Shown: in pieces, positions 12,459 through 24,840 of the stretch
Layout: each line of letters starts with the position of its first letter
Numbering within the stretch: the first letter of the stretch is position 1
NCBI RefSeq assembly: GCF_001194135.2
Contig: NC_068981.1
Span: 95,127,618-95,191,617, forward strand
Source: Octopus bimaculoides
Taxonomy: Eukaryota
Length of the DNA stretch: 64,000 bases
Direction: 5' to 3'
Made by a program: the position numbers and the translations under genes
Notes under the pieces: model-generated
The model's input: the letters and a program-made list of their open reading frames with translations, nothing else
What the model was told of the DNA's origin: nothing
Database searches by the model: none

Positions 12459-13834
12459 AATCTATTTACACGTCCATTACAATGGCCAGAGGCAGTGTTG
12501 CCACAAGAGAAATTTCAATCACAACAAGGAACAGGTTTTTTTTTATGTAATTTTACTTATGTCTAACGAGTCCTCATTACCCACAAAAATTTCATATTTA
12601 CCCCACTTCGGGTAATTTACCGCGGTTCGCCGACTCACGTATGTCATACGTGAAGTACTTGTGGTAGTTGATGGTTGTGGTTGGTTCTGGGCTGCACGGA
12701 CCAATTTTCGTCATGTAGTTGGTGTACTTGTCTGCTTTTTACGCCATCTGCTTCGTTTCAACACCCAACAATGCGATCATTCATCAGTTCTGCCCATAGG
12801 GTTTGGAATATTTTGCACCGTTTAAGAATCTACTTTAGATAATCCCTGTTCAGTTATCTTTCCTCACCCTGTCGCGTAACACACACACACACACACACAC
12901 ACCTATATAAAAGTTTGGTGACGTAAACAAAATAATAGAACTCAAAACGTGAGCATATATATATGCATTTTATTATTAATAATCAGCAGAAGGTACAGAG
13001 GGACTCAAGGCTCGAGAGTTTCATGCATATGTGTGTGTGTGTGTACGTGTGTGTATGCTCTCTTTCTCTTTCTTTTCCGTACGTGTAGTCGAACTGTACG
13101 GATGACTGGACGGAAAGCTATAAAATTGGCGATATAGATTTAGGTATCTGCAATGAGTGTACAGATATAAGATTATCGTGTGCGTGTGTGTATTCTCTCA
13201 ATACACTCATCGAAATCTATACCGCTAAAATCACTTATATTCTGTCAGATATCTTTACGATGTGGCAATGTAGTATTTACATTTTCCGCTCCACTGAGAA
13301 AAAAAATTCTTTCCTGTTGGACTGTTTACGATAAAACTTGGATTTGTATAACTGCACGATCAAAAATCCAAAAGTGTATCATCATCGAAGTAGCCACTGA
13401 AATTTGGGTTTTCTTCTCGATCCCACACAGCAAATTCCCATCATAAATTACCGACCTTCTCCGATCGCATATTCTCAAAGAAATCCAATTAGATAAAAAC
13501 ACCACTACAATAATGAACATAATTACAACAATAATACAAAAAAAAAAAAAAAAAACAATAATTACTAAATATCAAAAACATTTTAGATTTAAACTACAGT
13601 TAGGCATATCACAGCATAACCGCGCAATCTATCATACTTGTTGCTTCATACGTTTGTATATTCAGCAGAATTTCTGTTACAACTGAATATGCGAATATAG
13701 AAGACAGAGGATAATTTTTCATGCAAACATACTAACGTTGTGCGATGGTTTGTAAAACAAATATTGATTACTACGTATGTATGTATGTATGTATGTTTGT
13801 ATGCATATATATACGTACACACATATCTAGCTAT

Positions 13835-14048
<214 letters not shown>

Positions 14049-14507
14049 NNNNNNNNNNNNNNNNNNNNNNNNNNNNNNNNNNNNNNNNNNNNNNNNNNNN
14101 NNNNNNNNNNNNNNNNNNNNNNNNNNNNNNNNNNNNNNNNNNNNNNNNNNNNNNNNNNNNNNNNNNNNNNNNNNNNNNNNNNNNNNNNNNNNNNNNNNNN
14201 NNNNNNNNNNNNNNNNNNNNNNNNNNNNNNNNNNNNNNNNNNNNNNNNNNNNNNNNNNNNNNNNNNNNNNNNNNNNNNNNNNNNNNNNNNNNNNNNNNNN
14301 NNNNNNNNNNNNNNNNNNNNNNNNNNNNNNNNNNNNNNNNNNNNNNNNNNNNNNNNNNNNNNNNNNNNNNNNNNNNNNNNNNNNNNNNNNNNNNNNNNNN
14401 NNNNNNNNNNNNNNNNNNNNNNNNNNNNNNNNNNNNNNNNNNNNNNNNNNNNNNNNNNNNNNNNNNNNNNNNNNNNNNNNNNNNNNNNNNNNNNNNNNNN
14501 NNNNNNN

Positions 14508-15137
14508 AAGAGTTTCAATTAAAAGATCGATAGAAATCGATGTTTTTTTTTTAGATATATAAATGGTGGATAAAGTATATAGTGGAGGCGCAATGGCCCA
14601 GTGGTTAGGGCAGCGGACTCGCAGTCATAGGATCGCGGTTTCGATTCCCAACCCGGGAGTTGTGAGTGTTTATTGAGCGAAAACACCTAAAGCTACACGA
14701 AGGGATAGTGGCGAACCCTGCTGTACTCTTTCTCTCATTCTTACTTCCTGTTTCTGTTGCGCCTTGTCATGCTGAATATCCCCGAGAACTACGTTAAGGG
14801 TACACGTGTCCGTGGAGTGCTCAACCACTTGCACGTTAATTTCACGAGCATGCTGTTCCGTTGATCGGATCAACTGGAACCCTCGACGGGGTGCCAACAA
14901 TACAGTTCGAGGAAGTCCACTTTCTACGGCCGTTTTCAGAGTTCATGTCCTGAAAGTGATTTTATGAGGATACCTTTCCTGAGGATACCTGTCCGCATGG
15001 TTTGTAAGATTTTTTATTAATTTTTCTACGGCCGTAGAAAGTGAACTTCCTCGAACTGTATTATATACCTTATATACCATTTATATATTAAAAAAAAAAA
15101 CACATCAATTTCTGTCGATCTTTTACTTGAAACTCTT
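14508..15137. mobile_element. Foldback (long-TIR) non-autonomous element interrupted by a SINE
   Basis: 14508-14581 plus 14900-14935 is the reverse complement of 15025-15137 (e.g. TACAGTTCGAGGAAGTCCACTTTCTACGGCCGT / ACGGCCGTAGAAAGTGAACTTCCTCGAACTGTA). The left end is lost in the gap. Confidence 0.75.
14582..14899 (+). mobile_element. tRNA-Arg-like SINE family C
   Basis: GGAGGCGCAATGGCCCAGTGGTTAGGGCAGCGGACTCGC...GGTTTCGATTCCC head and GTGCCAACAA tail. Internally deleted relative to the 43803 copy. Confidence 0.85.
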
Positions 15138-15276
15138 AACCGATCTTAACTTTAGTACAAAAAATCTTTATTAGTTCTCTTTCATACGTATTATTTTATT
15201 ACCTTCCTTCATACGTATCACACATGGGTCTTATTTACATGTATTTTTATGTATATTTATATTTTATAAATATTTT

Positions 15277-15567
15277 AAAGCCTTGTGAGTGAATTTGGTA
15301 GACGGAAACTGAAAGAAGCCTGTCGTATATATGTATATATATGTATGTGTGTGTATATGTTTGTGTGTCTGTGTTTGTTCCCCCAACATCGCTTGACAAC
15401 CGATGCTGGTGTGTTTACGTCCCCGTAACTTAGCGGTTCGGCAAAAGACTTCGATAGAATAAGTACTAGACTTACAAAGAATAAGTCCTGGGGTCGATTT
15501 ACTCGACTAAAGGTGGTGCTCCAGCATGGCCATAGTCAAATGACTAAAACAAGTAAGAGTAAAAGAG
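15277..15567 (+). mobile_element. SINE family A, 5'-truncated
   Basis: Starts at AAAGCCTTGTGAGTG and has the full tail. Confidence 0.85.
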
Positions 15568-17286
15568 GATGTTCATGTGTGTCGAAATGTATTAATATAT
15601 GTATGCGCATTTTAGTCGAATTCATAACTGTATGAGTATGATTGCCTAATCCTTATATATATGTGTGTGTATGTGTGTGCGCGCGCGTGCGTGCGTGCGT
15701 GTGTGTGTCACTAAATGCAACTAGGGTGTTAAACAGCTACATTGCTGGAAATAAGAGCTAAACCGTTCTAACGCATGTATGTATGTATGTATGTCTCTTC
15801 TCTTTTTAATTATTATAAATCTTCCACTGAGGAGGGATCTGGTTACCAGTAAAGATACTTGGCTCCATCTTTGGGATGTAGCTAACATAGACAAATTCAC
15901 ATTTGGAACTTGAGAAAAGTCTTGCATATTTTTACTGTTCCACTCACAGATTGGACCTGTAACGTATGAATCAGCCGGTCAATTTCTTTTTCTGAAAATC
16001 CCAGTTTATCCAGATTCTCCTTTAAGCATTTACTAACAAAACCTAGTGCCCTAATAATTATTGGTTTGAATATGAATTCATAGACTGGATATAGAAGCTG
16101 GAGGTTTAGAAGCAGTTGTCCATAAATATCCTCTTTTTCTTGGCTTTTCAAAGAGATGTTTATATCTGCAGGGCAGCTAACCTCTATGATGGTACATACC
16201 TTTGCCCTTCTGTCCCAAGCAACAATATCCTGCCTGTTATGCTTACGTTTGACTGAAGTTGTGATGGAAATATTCCACAAGTATTCCTTGAGTTGGTGTT
16301 TATGAATGTATTCCATAACAGAAGTATTTTCTAAGTTTATTTCAGGACAGTCTTTTCCGCGGATGGCAGAATTGTTTTAGCAACCACATCGTGCCGCATA
16401 GGGAGGTAGTACCGTGACGACATTTTAGGACAGCTGCTAATCACATGCGTAATGTCTTCCACAGAAACATGACATAGCGTGCACATGCGGTTGCATCTTG
16501 GGATTACAAGAGCGTCACTGTCTCGCTTGTTCACAGGTACTTTGTGGCAATTGCAAATGCAATGTGGGATATTGTTTTGTTGTAAGAGGAGAGTTCCGAC
16601 TGCCATATTTTCTTAAGTCTGGTATAATATTCTCGAGTCGCTCTACATTTTCATCTATGTGTGATGCACAGGTTTTGGGCTTGAGGGACTGACTTTCCTC
16701 GTTCTATAACCAAATACGAACATTTCTTTTGGCCAAATTCCATGCCAATATCAGCTGAAAAGGTTGTTATTAATTCCAGTTTTTTTTTGTTTTTTTTTTT
16801 GCATTGTTAACACTTTTAGCATAAATCTTCAGGTCGTCTACAAAGAAATTATGAGTTACATTGATATTTCTAGCAGTTGAAGATCCTAGCATGTAACCAT
16901 TTGTTTTCTGCAGTAGGAACGATAATGGATTCCATGATGCATTCAGGTTGAAATACCTCTTTTCATTCCAAATTCTTGACCACAATGATTGTAGATCTTC
17001 GTGGTGGTAGTGGCGGGGAGTTTTCTTAACGGTAATATTTTCCTTCCTCATCTCTCTGTGTAATGCTTGTGAGTTGGAAGCTAACTTGCAATTGATACTG
17101 GCTCGCTCAAAAATTCGCTTGCGATAGCGGAGTTTCTCGCTCATCGTCCTGAGTTTACGTTTTAAAGTGATCAGCTTACCCTCAAGAGCTTGGTGTGAAG
17201 AGTTGCCATAAAGTTACATTAATTTTTGACTAAGGTAGAGTTGGTGAGGTGTAAACTCATTTTTCTCCTTATATATTATTATTGTA

Positions 17287-18559
17287 TCAGGTCATCCCAT
17301 AAGTTCTGTCCGATTTTACCTTTTTATAAAATTGAATGAAATTTAATAGTATTTTAGAATGTCTAATGGAATTAAAAATTATTTTTATGTATTTGTGTAC
17401 ATTTAAACTAATTAGATATTATTTTACAGAATAATAGAATTAAAATTTCTTTCTAACATGGAAGTATCCAAAGAGCATTAGAGGCACACAATGCTTTATG
17501 AATACAAAAAACGAAACTCTGTAGCTGAAGTGACTTGAAACATATTTAGTTTATGGGAAATAATGCTTGAATGAAAGAACTTGTAGAAGATGGTTTGCAA
17601 AATTCAGAAGTGGAGATTTCAGCCTTGAAGATGAAGATCGAACAGGACGTCCAGTTGAGTTTGATGATAAGCTCCTTGGGGCATTACTTGAAGAAAATCC
17701 TACATTATCAGTTGAAAAATTGGCAATAAAACTTAGTTCAAACCATACAACTGTTCATTGTCATCTTCAACAACTTGGAAAGGTTCCTAAACTTAGAAAA
17801 TGGATGCCTCATGAACTGTCCAAAAGCAACCGCAAATCCTGAGTTGACATCTGCTCTTCTCTCCATTCTCGCGAACTCATTTCACCCTTTTTGGATAGAC
17901 TTGTGACTGGTGACGAAAAATGGATCTTCTATCAAAATGTTAAATGTTGTAAACAGTGGCTTGGTAAAAGGGAAAAAGCTCAATTACAACCGAGAAGGGA
18001 ACTTCATGGAAAAAAGGTTCTTCTTTCTATCTGGTGGGATTGCAAAGGAATAATTCACTTTGAATTGTTACCACCTAATGCAACAATCAATGCTCAAGTC
18101 TACTGTCAGCAATTAGAGCGTTTGAACCAAGATTTGAAGAAAAAAAGACCCGCTTTACTGAATCGAAAAGGAGTGATGTTTCGTCAGGACAATGTGCGAC
18201 CTCACACTGCAAAGATCATATCACAGAAGATCGAAGAGCTTGGTTGGGAGAAAATTCCTCATCCACCTTATTCTCCCGACCTTGCTCCTTCAGACTACCA
18301 TTTGTTTCGTAGTTTACAGAATCATTTGTGAGACATAACTTTCGCAAGCCAGGAGGAGGTCGAAACTGACATTTTAGAGTTCTTCGCTTTGAAACCAAAA
18401 GAGTTTTACGTTGATGGGATTAAAAAGCTTGTAAATAGATGGAAGGAAGTCAGGGATAATCAGGGAAAGTACACTGATGATTAAATTTCAATTAAATATA
18501 ACATTTGATCACTTGTTTTCTTTATTCAAAATTCGGACAGAACTTACGGGATGACCTGA
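17287..18559 (+). mobile_element. Full-length mariner (D,D34D), 1273 bp
   Basis: TA TSD and 27-bp TIR TCAGGTCATCCCATAAGTTCTGTCCGA with 1 mismatch between ends. Confidence 0.95.
17458..18483 (+). pseudogene. Mariner transposase pseudogene
   Basis: Motifs MEVSKEH, WMPHEL, LVTGDEKWIFY, RQDNVRPH and HPPYSPDLAPSDYHLF; several in-frame stops and frameshifts. Confidence 0.9.
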
Positions 18560-19212
18560 TAGTTAACCATCCAATATGGCGGCGCACGTTGTTGATGTTT
18601 TCTTCAAATTTTGTTCTCCATCTAAGTTGTTTCCGTTTAATAATTCCGTTACTTTGTTCACCATAGATTTCTCCTATGTGTTCTTTAAGAGTAATAGCGG
18701 CTGTGTATATAGGAGTATTAATATTCCATTAATCAACATCACATGATTCCATATGATCTCCAGCAACGTTGATAACCTTATTAGATCGGTCAGACTTTTT
18801 CTCACTCGTGCTGGGAATATATGTTGCTCAACGAAAGCTTCGAGAAAGTAACAAAAGTTTTGCGAATTGTAATTTTAAAATGTTTTTGAGTTGAATTATT
18901 CCGCAGTCTTCGCTACTGAGTCAGCTAAATTTGGAGACACACTCCAATTTAGCGATGGCGGGAGCGGTGGTTTGTTTACATTATTTTTTACGCCGCTTCT
19001 GGAAGATTTTGACCCATTTTCAGTGTTCTGGGAGGATCGAGGACCAGTTGATTTTTAAAAATTTTTTTACAAAAGATGCTTGTTGTCGGAGCTGTTTCGC
19101 CGTGAGGGTATTTAAGTTGAGATGAGCTTCGTCCTAGTATTGTTTCAACCGCTTCATGTATCTGACTGAAAGATCATTTCAGGCTTTTTCATAGCACCGA
19201 AGTAAAAGGTAG

Positions 19213-19294
19213 AGATCTTTGGGGTTTGACGGGCAACATTTGTTTTCTTAACGAAACACTTTCAAACTTGGGACACTGGTAGAATGTGTCATAT
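19213..19294. mobile_element. Terminal fragment of the telomeric foldback (GGATC) family
   Basis: GATCTTTGGGGTTTGACGGGCAACATTTGTTTTCTTAACGAAACACTTTCAAACTTGGGACACTGGTAGAATGTGTCATA is the reverse complement of the arm at 42150-42233. Confidence 0.75.
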
Positions 19295-19608
19295 ACATAC
19301 ATACATACACACATGGCGCCCTCAACATCGGATGTGCAGGTGTAGAGGACCGTTTAAAAAGTCCATTTTGAACACCTTCCTCACGAAATATGTCGACTTC
19401 TCCAGTCTAAGTCGGTAACTGGATGGATAGATGTATAATATAAACATAGATAAATGCTAGAAATAAGAGCTAAACTGGTCTAATGCAACACTAAACTGGT
19501 TTAGCCCATATTTCTAGCAATGTAGGTGTTTCCCAACACCCTAGTCGCATTTAGTGACATTTGTAATTTTCCTTTTGGCGAAACATTGCAAACTGCAGTT
19601 AATATTAA

Positions 19609-19654
<46 letters not shown>

Positions 19655-19715
19655 AAGTTATTAATATTTCTAAGTCTCTCTAAAGGAGACTACGGCAGCG
19701 GTACTGGAAATTAAT

Positions 19716-20341
19716 AGTTATCGCCAAGCCAACATGGCAGTCCCAAAATTAGGACGAAAGCTGCCGTGAATTAGCTCCAAGAAGCCATCGCCTCTAGCTA
19801 GCTATGTGACACACGAAACCTGTGTCCTTTATAACCTTCGAACAGGGGAGGTCAGCAGTTTCCCCTTGCTGGTTTGGCATNNNNNNNNNNNNNNNNNNNN
19901 NNNNNNNNNNNNNNNNNNNNNNNNNNNNNNNNNNNNNNNNNNNNNNNNNNNNNNNNNNNNNNNNNNNNNNNNNNNNNNNNNNNNNNNNNNNNNNNNNNNN
20001 NNNNNNNNNNNNNNNNNNNNNNNNNNNNNNNNNNNNAACTCTATTTCTGAAAACCAGTGGATAGATTCCACTGAAATTAGATAAATAACCTTCGAACAGA
20101 TAGTCAGCAGCGCCGCCTGGCTGGAGCTTGGCTGCTCTGCATTGACAAGGGGCAACACCCTGAAACTAGTCTGCAGATGCCAAACCAGCAAGGGGAAACT
20201 GCTGACCTCCCCTGTTCGAAGGTTATAAAGGACACAGGTTTCATGTGTCACATAGCTAGCTAGAGGCGATGGCTTCTTGGAGCTAATTCACGGCAGCTTT
20301 CGTCCTAATTTTGGGACTGCCATGTTGGCTTGGCGATAACT
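19716..20341. mobile_element. Young foldback element with TIRs of at least 165 bp
   Basis: 19716-19880 versus the reverse complement of 20177-20341 shows 1 mismatch. Termini AT|AG...CT|AT (or TA|GT...AC|TA). The centre is partly in a gap. Confidence 0.9.
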
Positions 20342-20366
20342 ATATATTTATATATATATATATATA

Positions 20367-21296
20367 TAGTGGATCTTGCAGGCATGAAGGTGATTCGATC
20401 CATCATAGCCAAATTTAAATTAACTTTTCTCACGGTGGAATAATGGTTTTTCTGTGACAGCAGTTTTACATTTTCCAGATACCTTAGCTAGGCCGAAATA
20501 ATGTCTTCACCACTTGACCTTTCTAGCCTCTTCCATTTCACCAAAAGCTAGAATTAAGATAAGACCATCAACTAAATCTATTGTTCTCAGTGATATGTCT
20601 ATCCTTCTGGATAGTTATAAAAACAAGAATCCCCAGGCAAAAATTAGTTAGTGACTTGTTGATAACTCAGTCGGCTCGTGACAACTCACTCAGTTAGTTA
20701 ATGAATGACAAACTTGAGTCAGAGACAACTACCATCAGTTAGGGAGCGGAACGCTAGAATCATGATCACAAGCAAGGCAGCTACTAAAGACAATGGTCAA
20801 ATGGTGAAATGAAATTTTCTGTCAGCAGCTATGAGACCCATCTTCCCACACTCTCTCACGTTCACTAACTCACTTTGTCTTTTCTGCACATTACCATATC
20901 TCTCTCTATGGTTTACTACTACAATAAGAAGATACTTCTACAATAAGAACACACAGGCCGAAATTAACTTTTTTATTTCGCACGCTCTAGGATTTTATCA
21001 CCTGCCCATCGAGGCAAGGTATATTCGATGTAACGGTAAAAATAAATATTTTCTTCACAACTTCAATCACTGTTCTTTCATTTTTACATAATGAAGAACT
21101 TCAACCTTTTACAAATTAATTTCTGCTGTTACACATTTCAAGGCATCCTTAGAAACAGATTACATCCATCCTACTGTGTATCAACTATCGTTCACCATAT
21201 TATTGTTATACAAAATAAATGTCATTCGTCACAAAATTAATCTTTATCGTTACAAACTGATGAATCCGACGTTACACCATAACAGGCATCGTTACA
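20367..21296 (-). mobile_element. Interspersed repeat, probably a solo LTR (copy 2)
   Basis: Inverted copy of 6281-7068; both ends abut (TA)n. Confidence 0.6.
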
Positions 21297-21314
21297 AAAA
21301 TAAAACTTTATCAT

Positions 21315-21354
<40 letters not shown>

Positions 21355-21793
21355 NNNNNNNNNNNNNNNNNNNNNNNNNNNNNNNNNNNNNNNNNNNNNN
21401 NNNNNNNNNNNNNNNNNNNNNNNNNNNNNNNNNNNNNNNNNNNNNNNNNNNNNNNNNNNNNNNNNNNNNNNNNNNNNNNNNNNNNNNNNNNNNNNNNNNN
21501 NNNNNNNNNNNNNNNNNNNNNNNNNNNNNNNNNNNNNNNNNNNNNNNNNNNNNNNNNNNNNNNNNNNNNNNNNNNNNNNNNNNNNNNNNNNNNNNNNNNN
21601 NNNNNNNNNNNNNNNNNNNNNNNNNNNNNNNNNNNNNNNNNNNNNNNNNNNNNNNNNNNNNNNNNNNNNNNNNNNNNNNNNNNNNNNNNNNNNNNNNNNN
21701 NNNNNNNNNNNNNNNNNNNNNNNNNNNNNNNNNNNNNNNNNNNNNNNNNNNNNNNNNNNNNNNNNNTATATATATATATATATCTTTTATATT

Positions 21794-22161
21794 CTTTTAC
21801 TCTTTCCAGTCATTTGACTGCGGTTATGCTGGCGCACCACTTTGGAGGGTTTTAGTCGAACAAATCGACTTATTTTTTTAGGCCTAGTACTTATTCCATC
21901 GGGGTCTTTTGCCGAACCGTTAAGTTACGGGGACGTAAACAAACCAACACCTGTTGTGAAGTTATGGTGGAGGACAAACATAGACACACACAAATAGATA
22001 CATATACATACGACGGGCTTCTTTCAGTTTCCGTCTACCAAATCCACTCACAAAGCTTAGTTCGGCCCGAAGCTATAGAAGACATTTGCCCAAGATGCTA
22101 CGCTGTGGGACCGAACCCGGAACCATGTGGTTAGGAAGCAAGTTTCTTACCACACAGCGAC
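21794..22161 (-). mobile_element. SINE family A
   Basis: Reverse complement of the tail (CAGTCATTTGACTGCGG) and head (GGAACCATGTGGTTAGGAAGCAAGTTTCTTACCACACAGC). Confidence 0.85.
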
Positions 22162-22328
22162 ATATATGTGTGTGCCTGTGTGTCTGTGTATGTGCGCGTT
22201 TGTGTAACGCGTATTACAGTGGAATGCTTGAGTAATTCGCTTCTTAAATCACGAAGTCTCGAGTTCAATCCCATACCATACATGCACGCATGCATATTAG
22301 TGTGCGCATGTACATGCGCATAACAAGC

Positions 22329-22498
22329 GCTGGGGGTTGGTAAGCGTTGGGAATTGGTAAGCTTTGGGAGTTCACAAGCGTTGGGAACTGGTAAGCTTTG
22401 GGAGTTGATAAGCGTTGGGAATTGGTAAGCTTTGGGAATTGGTAAACACTGGCGATTAGTAAGTGTTGGGGATTGGTAAGCTTTGAGGATTGATAATT
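22329..22498. repeat. 17-bp G-rich minisatellite, 10 units
   Basis: Consensus KTTGGGAATTGGTAAGC, all units exactly 17 bp; GTT- and TTT-starting variants alternate. Confidence 0.9.
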
Positions 22499-22559
22499 GG
22501 CGGTCCTGCTCATGGGGTTGGTTGGTGACGGTGACCTTGGTACAGAGTAGCAGCTGGTA

Positions 22560-23230
22560 CTAAAGTGGTATATCTGGGTTGTCGGTAGACTGAGGCTTGC
22601 AATTTGCCAGAAAGGCATACCGCTGGTGACAGCAATAAGATAAATCGTATTTCTTATTGATGGATACTGCAGGTTGTTGGAGGATATGCAGTTTTTCGCA
22701 GATGCAGAGCTGGCAGTAGGAGGCACCGGGTGAATATGGTGGCGCTCTGTCGACAATAGTCCACTTGATGCTGGGTGTTTCGTCTCGGAGGTTACGGAGT
22801 CTCCAGAGAAATCGAGACAGGAAAGTAGAGTTCCCTCTGTCCCTGGGTCTGAACGAGTGCTTATGCTGCGAGTATCATCCCTTGAATTTATTGGCTGTCA
22901 TACCCGTATAGTGTCTAGTAATGCTATTAAAGGGTGTAAGGGTGGCTCTGTGTACTACGGCCTTTGAGAGGCAGGATCCTTCTAAAGGGCACAGGGTTGG
23001 ATTTCGGAAGTTGCAGGTCGGGGTTGGAGGTAGTGCGGGTGTATTTTTACCTCTGTTGATGCGTGCGATGCTGGATGTGATGTTGTCTAAGCAGGAGTAG
23101 CTCACCTTGACATTATGGATGTTGAAGAGTTTGAAATACTTGTGGCTTCTGGGAAAGTGTTTCTTAACTAATGGTAGGAAGCCCCTAGCTAAGTTGGTGG
23201 AAACTTCGAGGTTGAAAGTGGGGTTATACG
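22560..23230 (-). mobile_element. Penelope-like element (Neptune-type) GIY-YIG endonuclease region
   Basis: YNPTFNLEVSTNLARGFL..HFP..KLFNIHNVKVSYSC, CPLEGSCL, YTGMTANKFKG*YSQHKHSF, KWTIVDRA and CQLCICEKLHIL. Confidence 0.9.
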
Positions 23231-23691
23231 ATGTACAGATGCGCACACTCACATCAATACAGACATGCATGCAAAGCCATATAAGCGCGTCCACACATCC
23301 ACATATACAACTATATACTTGCGCACACCACCTCTCCCTACTTCCCCTCCAACAACCTGACCGATTTCTTGTCCATCACGCGTTTGATTTCTTGCCCACC
23401 ACGTGGTCAATTTCTTGTTCCCCATGCGGTGTTTGCCAACAAACTATGGTCACTGATATACGGTTATACCAACATCAAATTGCGACACCGCGGGACCTTC
23501 CTCGACCAATCGCAGCCCACCTTACGGTAATAACAATCAACTTCTTTCATTCAAATTCAAAATGGCTGAAAATTAGCATCAAGCTTGAAACCCTCGGAGT
23601 ACCAACGAATTTGAATCACACTGTTTTGATCCATACATGTAACTCCTAATAAATGTGTTGAGTGCCCTTCTTTCGTTTGCCCACTCACTCG

Positions 23692-23734
<43 letters not shown>

Positions 23735-23738
<4 letters not shown>

Positions 23739-24451
23739 TTTTATACAAGCATCTCACATGCATAAACCACGCTACTAATAGTTTCAGGCGTGGACTATTC
23801 TATCGAACTAGGCAGTGTCAATAATGGACTGAATGTATTTATTTTAATTTATCTTTTCTCGCCTAGTAGCGACGCTTATATTTTTTCTCCTTTCATCGAG
23901 TCACTTTATATTTATATTCAGATTTATTATTTATTTATATTTCATATTCGTATATTATATTTCTTATATTTATTTTTTATTATCATATTTTTCATAATTT
24001 TTCATATACTTTTTCCATATTTTTTGTATATATATTCTTTTTTATATTTTTAAGCATATTTTATACATTTTTGCATATTTCATATTTGTACGTTAACATT
24101 TTTTCTATCATTTCTTATATTCTTATATTTCTTAATTTATTTTTGTTACTTTTTATTATAATTGATATTATATGGCACGATTATATTCTTATATAACATC
24201 CATCCACATTGCTTACATCATTCGCTTGGTTCAACTTTTAAGGTTTCTGTTTTTTATTTATCGTCCTTTTATGTTCACAGTTCGCTTTAGTGGTATCTTC
24301 CACACGATCCGATTGGTTGTTCGAGTTTTTTTCGCGCCGTTTTATATTCAGTCCATTATTTAAACTGCTTAGTTCGGTAGAATAGTCCACGCCTGAAGAA
24401 CGTACTATCGGTAGCGTGGTTTAATCATGTGAGGTGATCGTAAAAAACAGT
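23735..24451. repeat. About 105-bp inverted repeat pair, probably Penelope pLTR pieces
   Basis: 23735-23838 is about 80% identical by eye to the reverse complement of 24341-24451, around an extremely AT-rich spacer. Confidence 0.7.
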
Positions 24452-24840
24452 ATTTTTACCCTCGCCAGATGGAGTACTCTTTTTGTTGAACCTTATTACA
24501 CGGATCAATTCATATANNNNNNNNNNNNNNNNNNNNNNNNNNNNNNNNNNNNNNNNNNNNNNNNNNNNNNNNNNNNNNNNNNNNNNNNNNNNNNNNNNNN
24601 NNNNNNNNNNNNNNNNNNNNNNNNNNNNNNNNNNNNNNNNNNNNNNNNNNNNNNNNNNNNNNNNNNNNNNNNNNNNNNNNNNNNNNNNNNNNNNNNNNNN
24701 NNNNNNNNNNNNNNNNNNNNNNNNNNNNNNNNNNNNNNNNNNNNNNNNNNNNNNNNNNNNNNNNNNNNNNNNNNNNNNNNNNNNNNNNNNNNNNNNNNNN
24801 NNNNNNNNNNNNNNNNNNNNNNNNNNNNNNNNNNNNNNTA

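Larger units (their letters stand above)
15781..19205 (-). mobile_element. R4/Dong-like RLE non-LTR retrotransposon, internally deleted and interrupted by a mariner
   Basis: N-terminal YMKRLKQY*DEAH...KQLRQQASFVKK and NINNVRRHIGWL, RT FFVDDLKIY, CCHC knuckle CTLC..EDITHVISSC, RHD, and RLE HNRQDIVAWDRRAKVCTIIEVSCP...IIIRALG. The 3' end runs into (CATA)n. Confidence 0.85.
15706..19559. mobile_element. TGT...ACA TIR element hosting nested insertions
   Basis: TGTCACTAAATGCAACTAGGGTGTT...ACATTGCTGGAAATAAGAGCTAAACC (15706-15768) is inverted at 19497-19559. Flanks are TGTG / TTTG. Confidence 0.5.

Noticed and set aside
12900-13520. Promoter-like TATATAAAAG plus TGACGTAA, and minus-strand peptide WEFAVWDREENPNFSGYFDDDTLLDF
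   Set aside because: The motifs are expected by chance in AT-rich DNA, and the peptide is short and bounded by stops. It cannot be supported without expression data.
19733-19777. Hammerhead-like GTCC-loop-GGAC-GAAA-GCT...AGCTC in the foldback arm
   Set aside because: The CUGANGA core is absent (CATGGCA instead) and no stem I can be formed.
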